Assembly: GCA_029953675.1 (NCBI GenBank)
Contig: JAMWBK010000012.1
Span: forward strand, 992,001-1,056,000
Source of the DNA: Rhodosorus marinus CCMP1338
Taxonomy: Eukaryota; Plantae; Rhodophyta
Length of the DNA: 64,000 nt
Direction: 5' to 3'
Each line of letters begins with the position of its first letter. Within the stretch, counting starts at the first letter, position 1. Positions 49,380-59,540 of this stretch are shown here, in pieces. The notes beneath the pieces are model-generated. The model ran no database searches and had not been told where the DNA came from. It saw only the letters and a program-made list of their open reading frames with translations. Position numbers and translations under genes: made by a program.

Positions 49380-50094
49380 CTTTGTTTTTACGTGAAAACC
49401 GAAGAAGTCTTCCCAATAGCTATCCTTCTTTTGCTGATTGCTTGCTTGAAGTGGTCACCTCTCTCGAAAGTCGTAGCCGACTGGGGTCCTTATATAACCT
49501 CTGAGTTGTCTTCCTCGGCACTGGAGGAGCTACCGCTGATGGTGAGATGAGAGAACTAGCTTCCGCAGACAGACAGAGGAGGATGACTCAGCTGGCCACC
49601 TGCTAGGCTGGCGTGCGCTCAGCAACTGGCCAGTGAGCTTGGTTCTAGTCATAGGTGGCTGATTGGATTGTTTTGAACAATTGAGCAGGCTGCGCAACCC
49701 CTGAAATGTTTCAAAAAAAATTGAGACTGCGAACTTAGTAAACCCACCACTTTAACAGGCTTTTCAACAATCCAAATCAAAGGATAAACATATTTTTCGA
49801 ATAGCGAATAGAGTAATGACTGGCGCTGCTGCTCGGCCTGATCAGCTGGCTGCAGTCCTCTGTAAATGTGCTTAGCCAATACTGGCTTTATTAGCCAATA
49901 CCAGAGCTTGGAAAACGTCCTCAACATCGAAAAAACTGCTACACTGCTGGATGTGGTAGATGGGTTACTTGCTTGTGGCGAGCAAACTCTCTCACGTACC
50001 CCGGAAACTAATAAGCCCAACAATCTCGCCAGAAGTCCGTCGCTGGACCAAAGACATTTCAAGCCAAGTACTGATTTCGAAACACCGCGTTCAA

Positions 50095-50308
50095 TCGGAC
50101 GTCGCTGAGGCCGCGAGAAGATCAACTTGGGTCCAATATGCCACGACGGATTCAGCAGCACCTCCTCGATAGCGCTTCATGAAATTGGACACAGTATTGG
50201 TCTCTTCGATGAACAGTCGCGCCCAGACAGAGACAGCTTTGTCAGAGTACTCTCGCAGAACATTGAGTCAGGAAAAGAACGCAACTTCGATAAGCAGTCC
50301 TGGGACAA
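50095..50308 (+). repeat. 214-bp inverted duplicate of the astacin active-site region (partner 48884-49097)
   Basis: Near-identical reverse complement, including the premature TGA; third Zn ligand changed H to D (GLFDEQ). Confidence 0.92.
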
Positions 50309-50455
50309 GCGCAACCTCTTTTCAAGAGCGCTCGACGACATTCGAAATTCGCGGGCCCATGCACCACCCCCAACACGTTCAATACGGTCAGCAGCTTAGC
50401 ATCTCTTCTCCTCAAATGGATGACACACTTCCGCGGAGAGCGATGTAGTTAACCC

Positions 50456-50492
50456 TTCGATATCTCCGATTAAACCATTCGTTCGATATCTC
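50456..50492 (+). mobile_element. 15-nt family A micro-insertion with an 11-bp TSD
   Basis: ttcgatatctc-cgattaaaccattcg-ttcgatatctc. Confidence 0.8.
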
Positions 50493-51589
50493 ACTCGCTA
50501 ACTCTTTATATTCTACGATTATTCTAGTCAACTTGAACTCTTCTAAGAAAACAGGATAACGGCCTAAAATATACAGAAAAACAAACAATATTTTAGGCAA
50601 ACATATGAATGAAAGTTGAGAAAGCTTTATGCGGCAAGGGCCCTTCTCACTGCTGCCGCACGCCGCCATGGGGCAGCCGCTTCGGCCCTTGGTCGAGTGA
50701 AGGAACGACGCTTTAGGCTATGTGTGTAATAAAAACCAGTTTACTCTTTGTACTCTTGAAATGCTGACATTGGATCATAATTTAAGTAGAAATTATTGAA
50801 CTCTGTACTGTATCGAAAATACGAGGCGGGAATGGTGCGTGGGATCATATTCTGAAAACAAAATATTGAATTCTGTAGAATGTACACTCGTCAAGAACTT
50901 TAGTTGAAAGCCGGTTTGGTGAAAGGCTCAGGGAACGTAGCTATTTCGTATTCCAGTTAGTTTCAAATCGCTTTGGAGGTGCGGAGGTACATCGCCCGCC
51001 CTGCCGAGGATAAGATCAGAAGAGCGTGCGCTTCTTTTTCTCTTTGGTTCAGGAGCCCGCAAGGTGGTGGTTTGGTGGAAGGCAGGCTCGTATCTTTTTC
51101 GTTTTTCCAAGCCGCTTTCGTGGTCAGAAGTACACCGTCCGCCCCGCTGCTGACAAGCTTCACAGCTAGCATATTGATCTATGGTTGAGTCAGGAGCTGG
51201 GAATTTGAACGACTACATTTTGCGATGCTGCATGATGAATTCAGGTCTGGACTGGAAACTCGTAGATCCGAAAATTTTCTCGCGCACTTGCCTTTGATGA
51301 GAGAGTGGAAATTTTCGTATCCACCAATTGAACCCCGGAGGCATAACCACAGTGGTTGCAACTCCCGGATACCAGCCCCCCCCAAGGAGAGCTGAGCCAA
51401 TACCCATTCCAGTTGTGAAATCTGGACGAAATATTGAGCACGGGAGGGCGATCAATAAGCAAGGAAGCAGACATGCGTTGCGCAGATTCAGAATGCGCCA
51501 GGAGTGATAATCACCACCATCGTCAAGGGTTTGACGTCTTCATCCCTCCCTATTCATGCCGCTGTCGGTGCAAGCTTCGAACATCTGCA

Positions 51590-51745
51590 AAAGCCAAGCT
51601 TGGAGTGGCTGGGAAATATTTTACCGACCATCCTGTTGAATATCTGGGACTTCTACGCCGTTTAGGTGTCGCTCACTGGCGATAGTCCAGTAGCATGCTC
51701 GCGGAGGCGCGCCACCACCGCCTGGGCTGGCCCGCTGAGAAACTT
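51590..51745 (+). mobile_element. Family B 3' fragment
   Basis: LGVAGKYFTDHPVEYLGLLRRLGVAHWR..MLAEARHHRLG. Confidence 0.75.
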
Positions 51746-51801
51746 GTACCCTCTCCGATCGGACCCGACCTCGCCACAGGATATGGCAGTATATCAGTAC
51801 T

Positions 51802-53031
51802 ACGAACGAATGGTTTAATCGGAGGCTGAAAAAAAAACCCCGAGGGGAAAAAAAGACTAAGCGCGGCGAAGTACTCGCGCCTCCAACATCAAAGCGGCAT
51901 TCATGCGCCACAGCAGGAAACTTAAGCGGGTAAACAACGATTGAAGACGGTCAGGGCGTTCGCGGAACAACTCCCGAAGCCAGCGAGAACCAACAGAGTC
52001 CGTGAACCCAAAGCACTCAATGATCAGGGGTACCAAGCGATGTGCTAATGCCGAAGCACGAACACCAGGGGAAGACAAAGCCCCCGCGTATTTGATCTCT
52101 TTGCGGCGTCTCATGCTGGTGGCGGCAGATCCACGGCGCTCCCCCGCAGCCGGGAGATAACGACTAGCTTGAGGGTTAGGAACAGCAAGATCAACGTATG
52201 TGGTACGGCGGCTGTCGTCACAGGTGATCACCAGGTCGGCTACACGGCGTTCATCATTTTGAAAGTCCGCGACGGGTAAAGGTTTCTCACGTTCGATTTC
52301 CAGACCGGCTTGCCGGACTATAGGCCGAAGTTCCCGGTATAACAGGTTCAAGATCCGTGTGTGGCGGCGGGTTCGAGCACCTTTCACCGCCGGGCAACTA
52401 GCGAGCAGGTGGGCGCCAAAATCTGCGTTGTCTTCAGTCTGAGAGCAGAGAGGGCACGACGAACCCATCTCGTACGGCCAAGGGGGCTGATGTAAGCCGA
52501 GGTATAAGCGCAGTGAAGTACGCACTTCGAAATCCGACAGTGTGAGTGGCGGAAAGGCTGGTACGGTCATGAGCCACTGAGAGCTAATAACCCCTCCAAG
52601 ACTACGTAGGCGGGCGCGAGCGCGAGAAGATGAGACCATCTGCGCGAGGAGTCGGCCATATGCAGCACGGTGCAAGTCCCAAGAAAGGATATTTTGCAGC
52701 GCATCCGTGCGTGCTTGAGCTCGGCTCCCAGCGCGCTGGGAATCATCAGGAGGATCAACTGGAACTTCTTCTTCTGCGGCAACCACTGGGTCAATCTCCC
52801 CTAGAACAGGTTCAGGCGCAGGACGAATCCCCGGGGCGGAGCCTCGAGAGCGGTCAAATACAGCTCGCCAGTCAGGAAGACGGGGTTGAACGGTTTCGGG
52901 GAGACTAGTACAGGAATTCAGGGCGGTTTGGAGCTCCAGAAACAAGTCTTGGGCGCTTTCCGGTACGCTGGGAAGCAAGACACCCCGCGAGAGGCTCGCC
53001 ATCAAATTGCGGAACTTCGAGATACCCAAGC
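51802..53031 (-). mobile_element. Young 1.23-kb 5'-truncated family A CRE-like element (RT C-terminus, CCHC knuckle, RLE) with an 11-bp TSD
   Basis: Uninterrupted ORF with CPLC..GAHLLASC (CCHC), RRHTRI, RRVADL, YVDLAVPNP, RRKEIKY, PLIIECFG; TSD atatcagtact at 51791-51801 and 53032-53042; (TTCG) tail. Confidence 0.93.
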
Positions 53032-53275
53032 ATATCAGTACTTGGGTCGGACCGGATTTGGGTCTCAACCACTTTGGCTCCAATTTTTATGTCGTCCTGT
53101 TGAGAATTTTATACTTTGCTTTATACTTTTTACAGTGTATCTAAGGCCGTAACAGCCTAGAACACTCCTTTTATGTATAGAACAACCATAATATTTCAAA
53201 ACGCTTTTCAGAACGAATGAAATATTTTCTCTCCGTAGATTTAGGATTTTTTTTGTTTCTCCTAGAAAGCACAGT

Positions 53276-53710
53276 GTGGGAGCCGGCGAGCTATGGAAGG
53301 TGATGGGGCTTGACAACAGAGGGAGGGAAAAAGCCCCGGGAAGACAAGGGCCTTGGCGATACAGGTTGGGGAGGCCAAACTGTTGGAGATGTAGAAAAGA
53401 AGGGCACTTCAAGAGGGAGTGCCCTCAGTGGAGACAGAAGTTCGTTGCGACGAGTTCGGTGCGAAAACAACTTATCCCTGTTGAGACTAACTTCTTGCTT
53501 GACATCTGAAACGAGAGGAGCTACTTGAGGAATTACAAGGAGATCGACACTACTCCAATCTGCTTCGGAAGCGATTCTACAAGTCCTACAAGTCCCGCCG
53601 TTAGCAAGAGGCAGATATTATCTTCCCGCTAAGCTCAGGCGCGGAATTGATGGAGAGGGACGTCTGCTATATTCCTGAACTGGACTGGACAGTCCATTCC
53701 TGAACTAGCT
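53276..53710 (+). mobile_element. Copia gag zinc knuckle and degenerate protease fragment
   Basis: CWRCRKEGHFKREC; NFLLD..LRNYKEIDTTPICFG..ERDVCYIPEL. Confidence 0.75.
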
Positions 53711-53741
53711 TATAATCTACTTTCGGTTAGGACGTCGTTCG

Positions 53742-54200
53742 CTAGAGTCGGAACCCTTTGGAGTCGGAACCCTTTAGGTTTACACCAAGCGATAAACTAG
53801 TGTGAATATTTAATCTGTCGGCTAACCCCATCAACTCTGAGTATTTGATTTCCAGCCATTCATTCAGTTCAGATATGGTCTCTCCTGGCCTCATGTTTCT
53901 GCTGAGCAGTCTACTTCCCAGTTCGTATAAATTGGGCTTTACTAGCAATTTGCTTAAACTTATCCCAGATCTCCTTTGGGTCTACTTTGTTTTGAACCAT
54001 TTCTTCTTGAGTACCGCCCAGGGTGGTCATTTTCAGACATGAGCTAACCAGAGCCTGATCCTCACCACTTGTCGTTCGACGTCCGCTGGCACGATCACCC
54101 AGCCAGCCCTCATGTTTCCAAACAACATCGCACCTGATGTGCCCAGTGCGGGTATTCAATACGTGATTCCAGTCTCGGGCACTTCAGGAATACTTGTAGA
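53742..54200 (-). mobile_element. Copia gag (UBN2-like) fragment
   Basis: EDQALVSSCLKMT..MVQNKVDPKEIWDKF / YELGSRLLSRNMRPGETISEL. Confidence 0.7.
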
Positions 54201-54229
54201 ACTGGTGGTTTTGACGGCATTATTAGCAT

Positions 54230-55124
54230 AGCGTAAAGCGCTACGCAAATCGTTAAAAGGAACTAAGAACTAGGTAGGGAAGCGGGCAAACCCAGGCGCC
54301 GATGGCGCGCCTCAGCAAACATGCTGCTCGAATATCGCCACAGAGAGACACTTAAACGCCGTAAAAGTTCCAAGTGTTCAACAGGATGCTCAGTGAAACA
54401 TTTCCGCAACCACTCCAAACCCGCCTTCTCCACATGACCAAAGCTCTCCACAATGAAAGGCTGGAATCGGTGGGAGCGACCCTTCAGCGCGAGGCAGACT
54501 GGCCATACTCTCAGCATACCGTCGTTCCTTCACGCGGCGAAGGGCCGAAGCAGCTGCTCCCCGGCGGCGGGCGGCAGCCATGAGATGGGCGCTTGCCACA
54601 GGGCATGTAATCGCGAGGTCAACATATGCTGAGCGTCTAGCGGGAGCATCGGAGGCGAGGAGATCTGCGAAACAACGGGGCGGTGCCCTATCCGAGACCG
54701 ATCTGGGTAGTTCCGATTCCAACTCAACCCTGGTGGCTTTAATAATATAGCCTGATGCGCTACGTAAAACGTAAAAGGAAACTAGGGGCTAGGAAGAAGA
54801 GCATGTAAGCCCAGGCGACGGTGGCGCGCCGCGGCGAGCATAGTGCCAGACTACCGAAAGAGTGCGATACTTAAACGGAGGAGGAGCACCCCTTGTAGAT
54901 CTTGTCCACGGTCCACCATCATTTTGTCCTCAGCGCGTTCACTCGAGCTCTATTGGGCTAGGAAGAAGAGCATGTAAGCCCAGGCGACGGTGGCGCGCCT
55001 CGGCGAGCATGGTGCCTGACTACCGACAGAGTGCGATACTTAAACGGCGGAGGAGCACCCCTTGTAGAACTTGTCCGCGGTCCACCATCATTTTGTCCTC
55101 ACCGCGTTCACCGTAGCTCTATTG
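54230..55124 (-). mobile_element. Family B copies (54230-54722; 54750-55124, including a 169-bp tandem duplication)
   Basis: FADLL..AYVDLAITCP..AARRRGAAASALRRVKERRY; units 54787-54955 and 54956-55124 are near-identical. Confidence 0.85.
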
Positions 55125-55135
55125 CAGGTCGAAAT

Positions 55136-55235
55136 CTGGGCTCATAACCATTGAGCGAGTTTGAGCCAGACCATCTATCCTTTTATCTTGGTTCTTACTC
55201 ATTAGTGATCTCGCACTATCTGAGCTATTCGAACA
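55136..55235 (-). mobile_element. Short LTR-like segment (55235-55150) with a perfect half-tRNAiMet PBS (55149-55136)
   Basis: On the - strand: TGTTCGAATAGC...CTCAAT GGTTATGAGCCCAG. Confidence 0.6.
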
Positions 55236-55699
55236 CCTGGGTGGTCTGTTGAGGGTTTATGGTGTTGGCTTGGGTGAGTTTTAGGTTATCAGAGTGTTTG
55301 TTCGTAGGAGGCGCTGCCTTCCTTTGTCTTTCCCCGTGGCTTTTTGGGTGTGCGGCTTGTCGGCCGGCTTTCTCTCCTTTTCTTGGGGTTGTGATCGAGG
55401 TTTCGGGGTGCTTTGTAATGGGTATTAGCCAGTTTTTGCGGGCTTTTGTGATGAAAATTCTTCTAACCACTCCCTTTTGTGATGGCTGGGGTTTCCCCAC
55501 CTCTTCTGGTGGTCGGCGATGCCGTCTATCCGCTGCATTCAGCACCCAGGCCACTCTCAGCAACTGCGACAAAGCATCGTCGAACGTACTCGTCTTAAAA
55601 CTGACCAGATATCTCATCGTTGCTTCGCAGGAGAACCGCCTGCCCTCGCTAACGGCGTACCTGGAGAAATTTCCTACTAACGCGCGTGCCTCTGTCCTC

Positions 55700-58580
55700 C
55701 CCCCCCCTGATTCTGGGGGGAGCTCTAGACCCGCCCTGCCTTCGGTCGTCCGTCGCGGTCCGCCCCGATCATCCCTCCTAATTCTGCTGTGCCCTTCCAT
55801 GCCTCCGGCCAAAACCCCCCTGGGCTTTCCTTGGGGCCGAATCTTGCCCCTGCGAGTGTCACTCGGCCCTCCTATTCCCAAGTCCTTCGTCGGGGCTCCT
55901 CTGAAGAACGCACGACGGCCATGCCCCTCCATGCCTCCGGCCAAAACCCCCCTGGGCTTTCCTTGGGGCCGAATCTTGCCCCTGCGAGTGTCACTCGGCC
56001 CTCCTATTCCCAAGTCCTTCGTCGGGGCTCCTCTGAAGAACGCACGACGGCCATGCCCCTCCATGCCTCCGGCCAAAACCCCCCTGGGCTTGCCTTGGGG
56101 CCGAATCTTGCCCCTGCGAGTGTCACTCGGCCCTCCTATTCCGAAGTCCTTCGTCGGGGCTCCTCTGAAGAACGCACGCCGGCCATGGTGTGTGTGATGC
56201 CTTCCCCCGTGGCGACCGCGCCCGTAAAATACCGTGATTTCCGCGATACGATGGCCTCCTCACTTGGGGTCGCACCATCTGAGTTCCCCTATGCGTATTT
56301 CACTGGATCTTATGCCTGTTTCCTTGTCACAGAGTCTGCTTATCAATTCCTCACCTCGCTCGTCGCCACCCCTGAGCCTCAGCGCTCTGCCCTTGCAAAC
56401 ATGATACTGACTCGTGCCCACGTCTCATTGTTTGTTGAGTTTGACCGCTTCGACGCAGGTTGGGTTCCCCAGTCGGCGCTGCAGAGCCTCCCTTCCACGC
56501 AAGCTCCTGATATCGCGCTGCAAACTCATGCGGCGCGACTTTCACACCTCCAGTCGCTCTTTGCCCGTTTCATCCCCCGTGGTGTCCTGCGCTCGGCGTT
56601 AGAGAACTTCTTCTCCGCTGAGGCCGCTCTGATGGAAGCTCATCTGGCCTTCGACCTCTCGCAAGCCGACTCCTGGCCGCACCTTCTCCCCTCCTCGGGC
56701 AGCTGCAGTTCCTGATGCCGACATGTCGGCAGGCCCCTAGTGCTCCCCGAATCCGCTGGCTTTGGACACCCTCAGCGAAGACTCCGTTCCTGACAATCCT
56801 GTATCTGCCTTCTTTATTTCCTTTAGTTCCTTCGCTCGTCCGCCACGGAAGCGCCGCCGCCTGAGAAACCCTCAGAGGGCCCCCCACCGGATACCCGCAA
56901 CGCCTCCCCGACTGAGGGGAGGCATGATGTCTTGAGTCCTCTACCCCCGCCCGTGTGTCACCCGTGTCCGTCCTGTTCGCCGATGCCCTCTCCACCTGGC
57001 GCGAGCGTCTTTTCTCGTGGTTCTCTGACCTTGTGGCTTCCTTAACGGTGGTGTTATTCCTTTTTGCCGTCAGAGCCCAGCTGTACGGCTCCCTCGTCGT
57101 CTTCTCAAGCCTCCCGCGATGGTTTTGGACTTTTTATGGCAGGAAGTTTCCAATCACCCTCAATGCTCTCTTCGCTGGGATATCCTTTTCTTTTTCCCTC
57201 GCCTCGATCTCACTTCCTCTACTCTCTCGAGCCCTTCACCTCCCCGCCGTATCCACCCTCGGCGCAAGATGCATTTGTTCCTCTCAGGTGACTTTGCAGA
57301 GCTCGAACGTCTCGACTTTGCTTCCCTCTCTTCCTTCTCTACGTGTTCCCCTTCAGATCTAGTCGCCAACAACGGGCGCGTCACGCTATGGCGGTGATCT
57401 CCGGAGGGCTGCCAGTGTCCTCCAGGAACGGCAACCTGTGGTCGAGTATTCTGACGATCTTGAACCTCCGCTACGCTCGTTTTTCCATGCAGCAGGCTCT
57501 GGGTGGGACCCGTCTTTTGACCGGTTCTGGAAGCGTTCCAAGTAGCGTCCAATGAAGGTGAGCGGCTGGTGGTCACCTCGGAGGCTGTGTGTGAGCTGAT
57601 CCAGAAGTGCTCTAAAGGGTTGTTCTCCTGGGCCCCCGGGTTTGCGGGTGGAATACCTCTTTTTTTGGGGGTGGGACGGTATGAAAGCGTTCGCGTCCAG
57701 GTTGGAGGGAATCGTCAACGGCGATCCTTTTTGTGATCGCGCATGGTTTTTGCTGGGACGGACGCAGCTATGTTTGCTCTCCAAAGCGGGTCACACTGCT
57801 TCGACTCCAGCCCTTCGCCCTAGGGGCTTGGTGGGAGTGGCTTGGTGGGAGTGGTCCGTAAACTGGCAGCTCGATGGTTGGTCCAGATTTTGGTCCCCGA
57901 ATCCCGTCGCTTTTTGGACACGCGCAGTTGGGCGTGGGCTACCGTGGCGTCTGTGAATTGCTATCCGTACTTCTTCGCTCGGATCTAGCCTACTCACCGG
58001 ATTACAAGTTATTATCCGTAGACTTTAGTAATGCTTTTAATCGTGTCTCTCGACCGGCCATTATGAATGTGGTGCGCCAGGTCTCCCGGTTAGCTTTTCC
58101 TTTTTTTCGTAGCCTTTACTATTTGATGGGCCATGGGCCAACTCGTGACACCCTCGGCCCTTCCTCGCACTCCTTTGAGGCGCTTACCGGGGTTCAACAG
58201 CGTGACCCGTTGGTGCACTTTTTGCAGGCCTGTGGGCTTCAGGTCGTCGCTTAACCTGCGCTCAGAGTTCCCGGAGGTCCTCACAATGGGTTACGACCAT
58301 CTCCGCACAATGGCATCCCTCGTCTATCTCGAAGTCAATCATGCGAAGTCGCTCTACTGAGGAGGAGCGGATATTCAAGAGCAGCAGGTCCCCCCGCGTA
58401 TCCGGGATATTTGGCATTGGGAAAGGTTTGTCCACCTGGACATCTCCTATGGGTCCGCGTCGTTCGTGGAGGGTGAGTTGTCGCAGATTCTGAGTAAGCA
58501 CCGCCAGCTGGTCTCGGAGCTCCGTCGGCTGCCTCGCGGGGTTTTTTCTTTCAGCCTCCGATTAAATAAATAATTCATTC
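55700..58580 (+). mobile_element. Internally deleted, decayed CRE/SLACS-clade element (5' region, RT and family A tail)
   Basis: RT motifs QLGVG, VDFSNAFNRVSR, GVQQ(R)DPL and LEVNHAKS; the RT joins directly to the tail gggttttttctttcagcctccgattaaa at 58538. Confidence 0.85.
55789..56184 (+). repeat. 3 x 132-bp (44-aa) tandem repeat in the CRE 5' ORF
   Basis: atgcctccggcc at 55799, 55931 and 56063; unit MPLHASGQNPPGLSLGPNLAPASVTRPSYSQVLRRGSSEERTTA. Confidence 0.95.
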
Positions 58581-59044
58581 AGGCACTGAGCTACTACCAC
58601 CTTGGGTCATTCATTCAGTATCTGCAGTGAGAAGCTGCCACCAATTTCTCCCCAAAAGAAAATTGGTCGTAAAAACTCTGAAAAACGGATCCCATCATTT
58701 GTATAAAAGAAAACTTATTATTGAGCAACATTTGGATTGGATTGATTCAGTGGATAACAATTGGTTAATTGGTAGTTGTTACTCCTCATGATTGGGTGAA
58801 TATTTTAGAACTCTTCAGTACACCTTAGTACATTATTGTATAGTTTGATGATCCCCTTTTTTGCACTAATAATTTGATACTTTGGAAATTCTATTTTTTT
58901 CAAGTATGGATTTTAATAATTTCAATTGTTATTTTGGTCAACTGGCGAAAAACTGTTTTGCCACTTCCCTTCGCGATCGTTCGGGATCATACTTTGGGAT
59001 CATACTTTGGGAAGTTGGTGAGGTGCAATCGAGTGCCTCATGAG

Positions 59045-59540
59045 CGTGACGATATTGTGGTACTGGTTTGAGGGGACTGCTCCCTACCTCCGCCGGATAG
59101 ATTATGGAGTTGGTACCTTGCGGGACGTGCTGATAGGAAAAACAGAAGATATGAAAGATTTTTTTCTTAGCTTCGTGTGACAAGTAGGTCTAGTAAGTGC
59201 TTCCATGGATGTGTTCAACGGTTTTGGTAAGCGGCTTAAGACCGTCTGCCGAGTGGCAAGGAGGTAGAGTTTTCGTATCCGGTTCGTTTCACAAATTTGG
59301 AGGTTGTTCGCTGGAGTGCATTTTCAGCGTGACGATGTAGTGGTCTGGTTTGAGGGGACACTCCCCGCGTACGCCATGTCGATCATGGACTCGATGCCTG
59401 CGGGACGTGCTGATACAAAAAGAAGGGATATCTAAGACTCGACCACGTCTGATAAGTGCCTCGATGGATACGTTGAAGGGTTGTGGTAGGCGTTTTGCTG
59501 GCTGCCGAGTGGCAAAGAGGATGAGTTTTCCTGCTGATGT
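59045..59540. repeat. Diverged ~283-bp tandem duplication
   Basis: cgtgacgat..tggtttgaggggac, tgcgggacgtgctgata and ctgccgagtggcaa..gagtttt each occur twice at about 270-283-bp spacing. Confidence 0.8.

Noticed and set aside
49649-50161. 170-aa ORF between the astacin inverted arms
   Set aside because: Starts inside the inverted duplicate and shows no recognisable motif; cannot be supported as a gene.
51857-53083. 408-aa ORF as a stand-alone endonuclease gene
   Set aside because: The first ~17 codons come from flanking DNA beyond the TSD; it is a 5'-truncated retrocopy with no start codon of its own.
55225-56076. 283-aa - strand ORF as an antisense gene of the CRE element
   Set aside because: Mostly the reverse frame of the GC-rich 132-bp repeats; the remainder is only vaguely gag-like and cannot be assigned.
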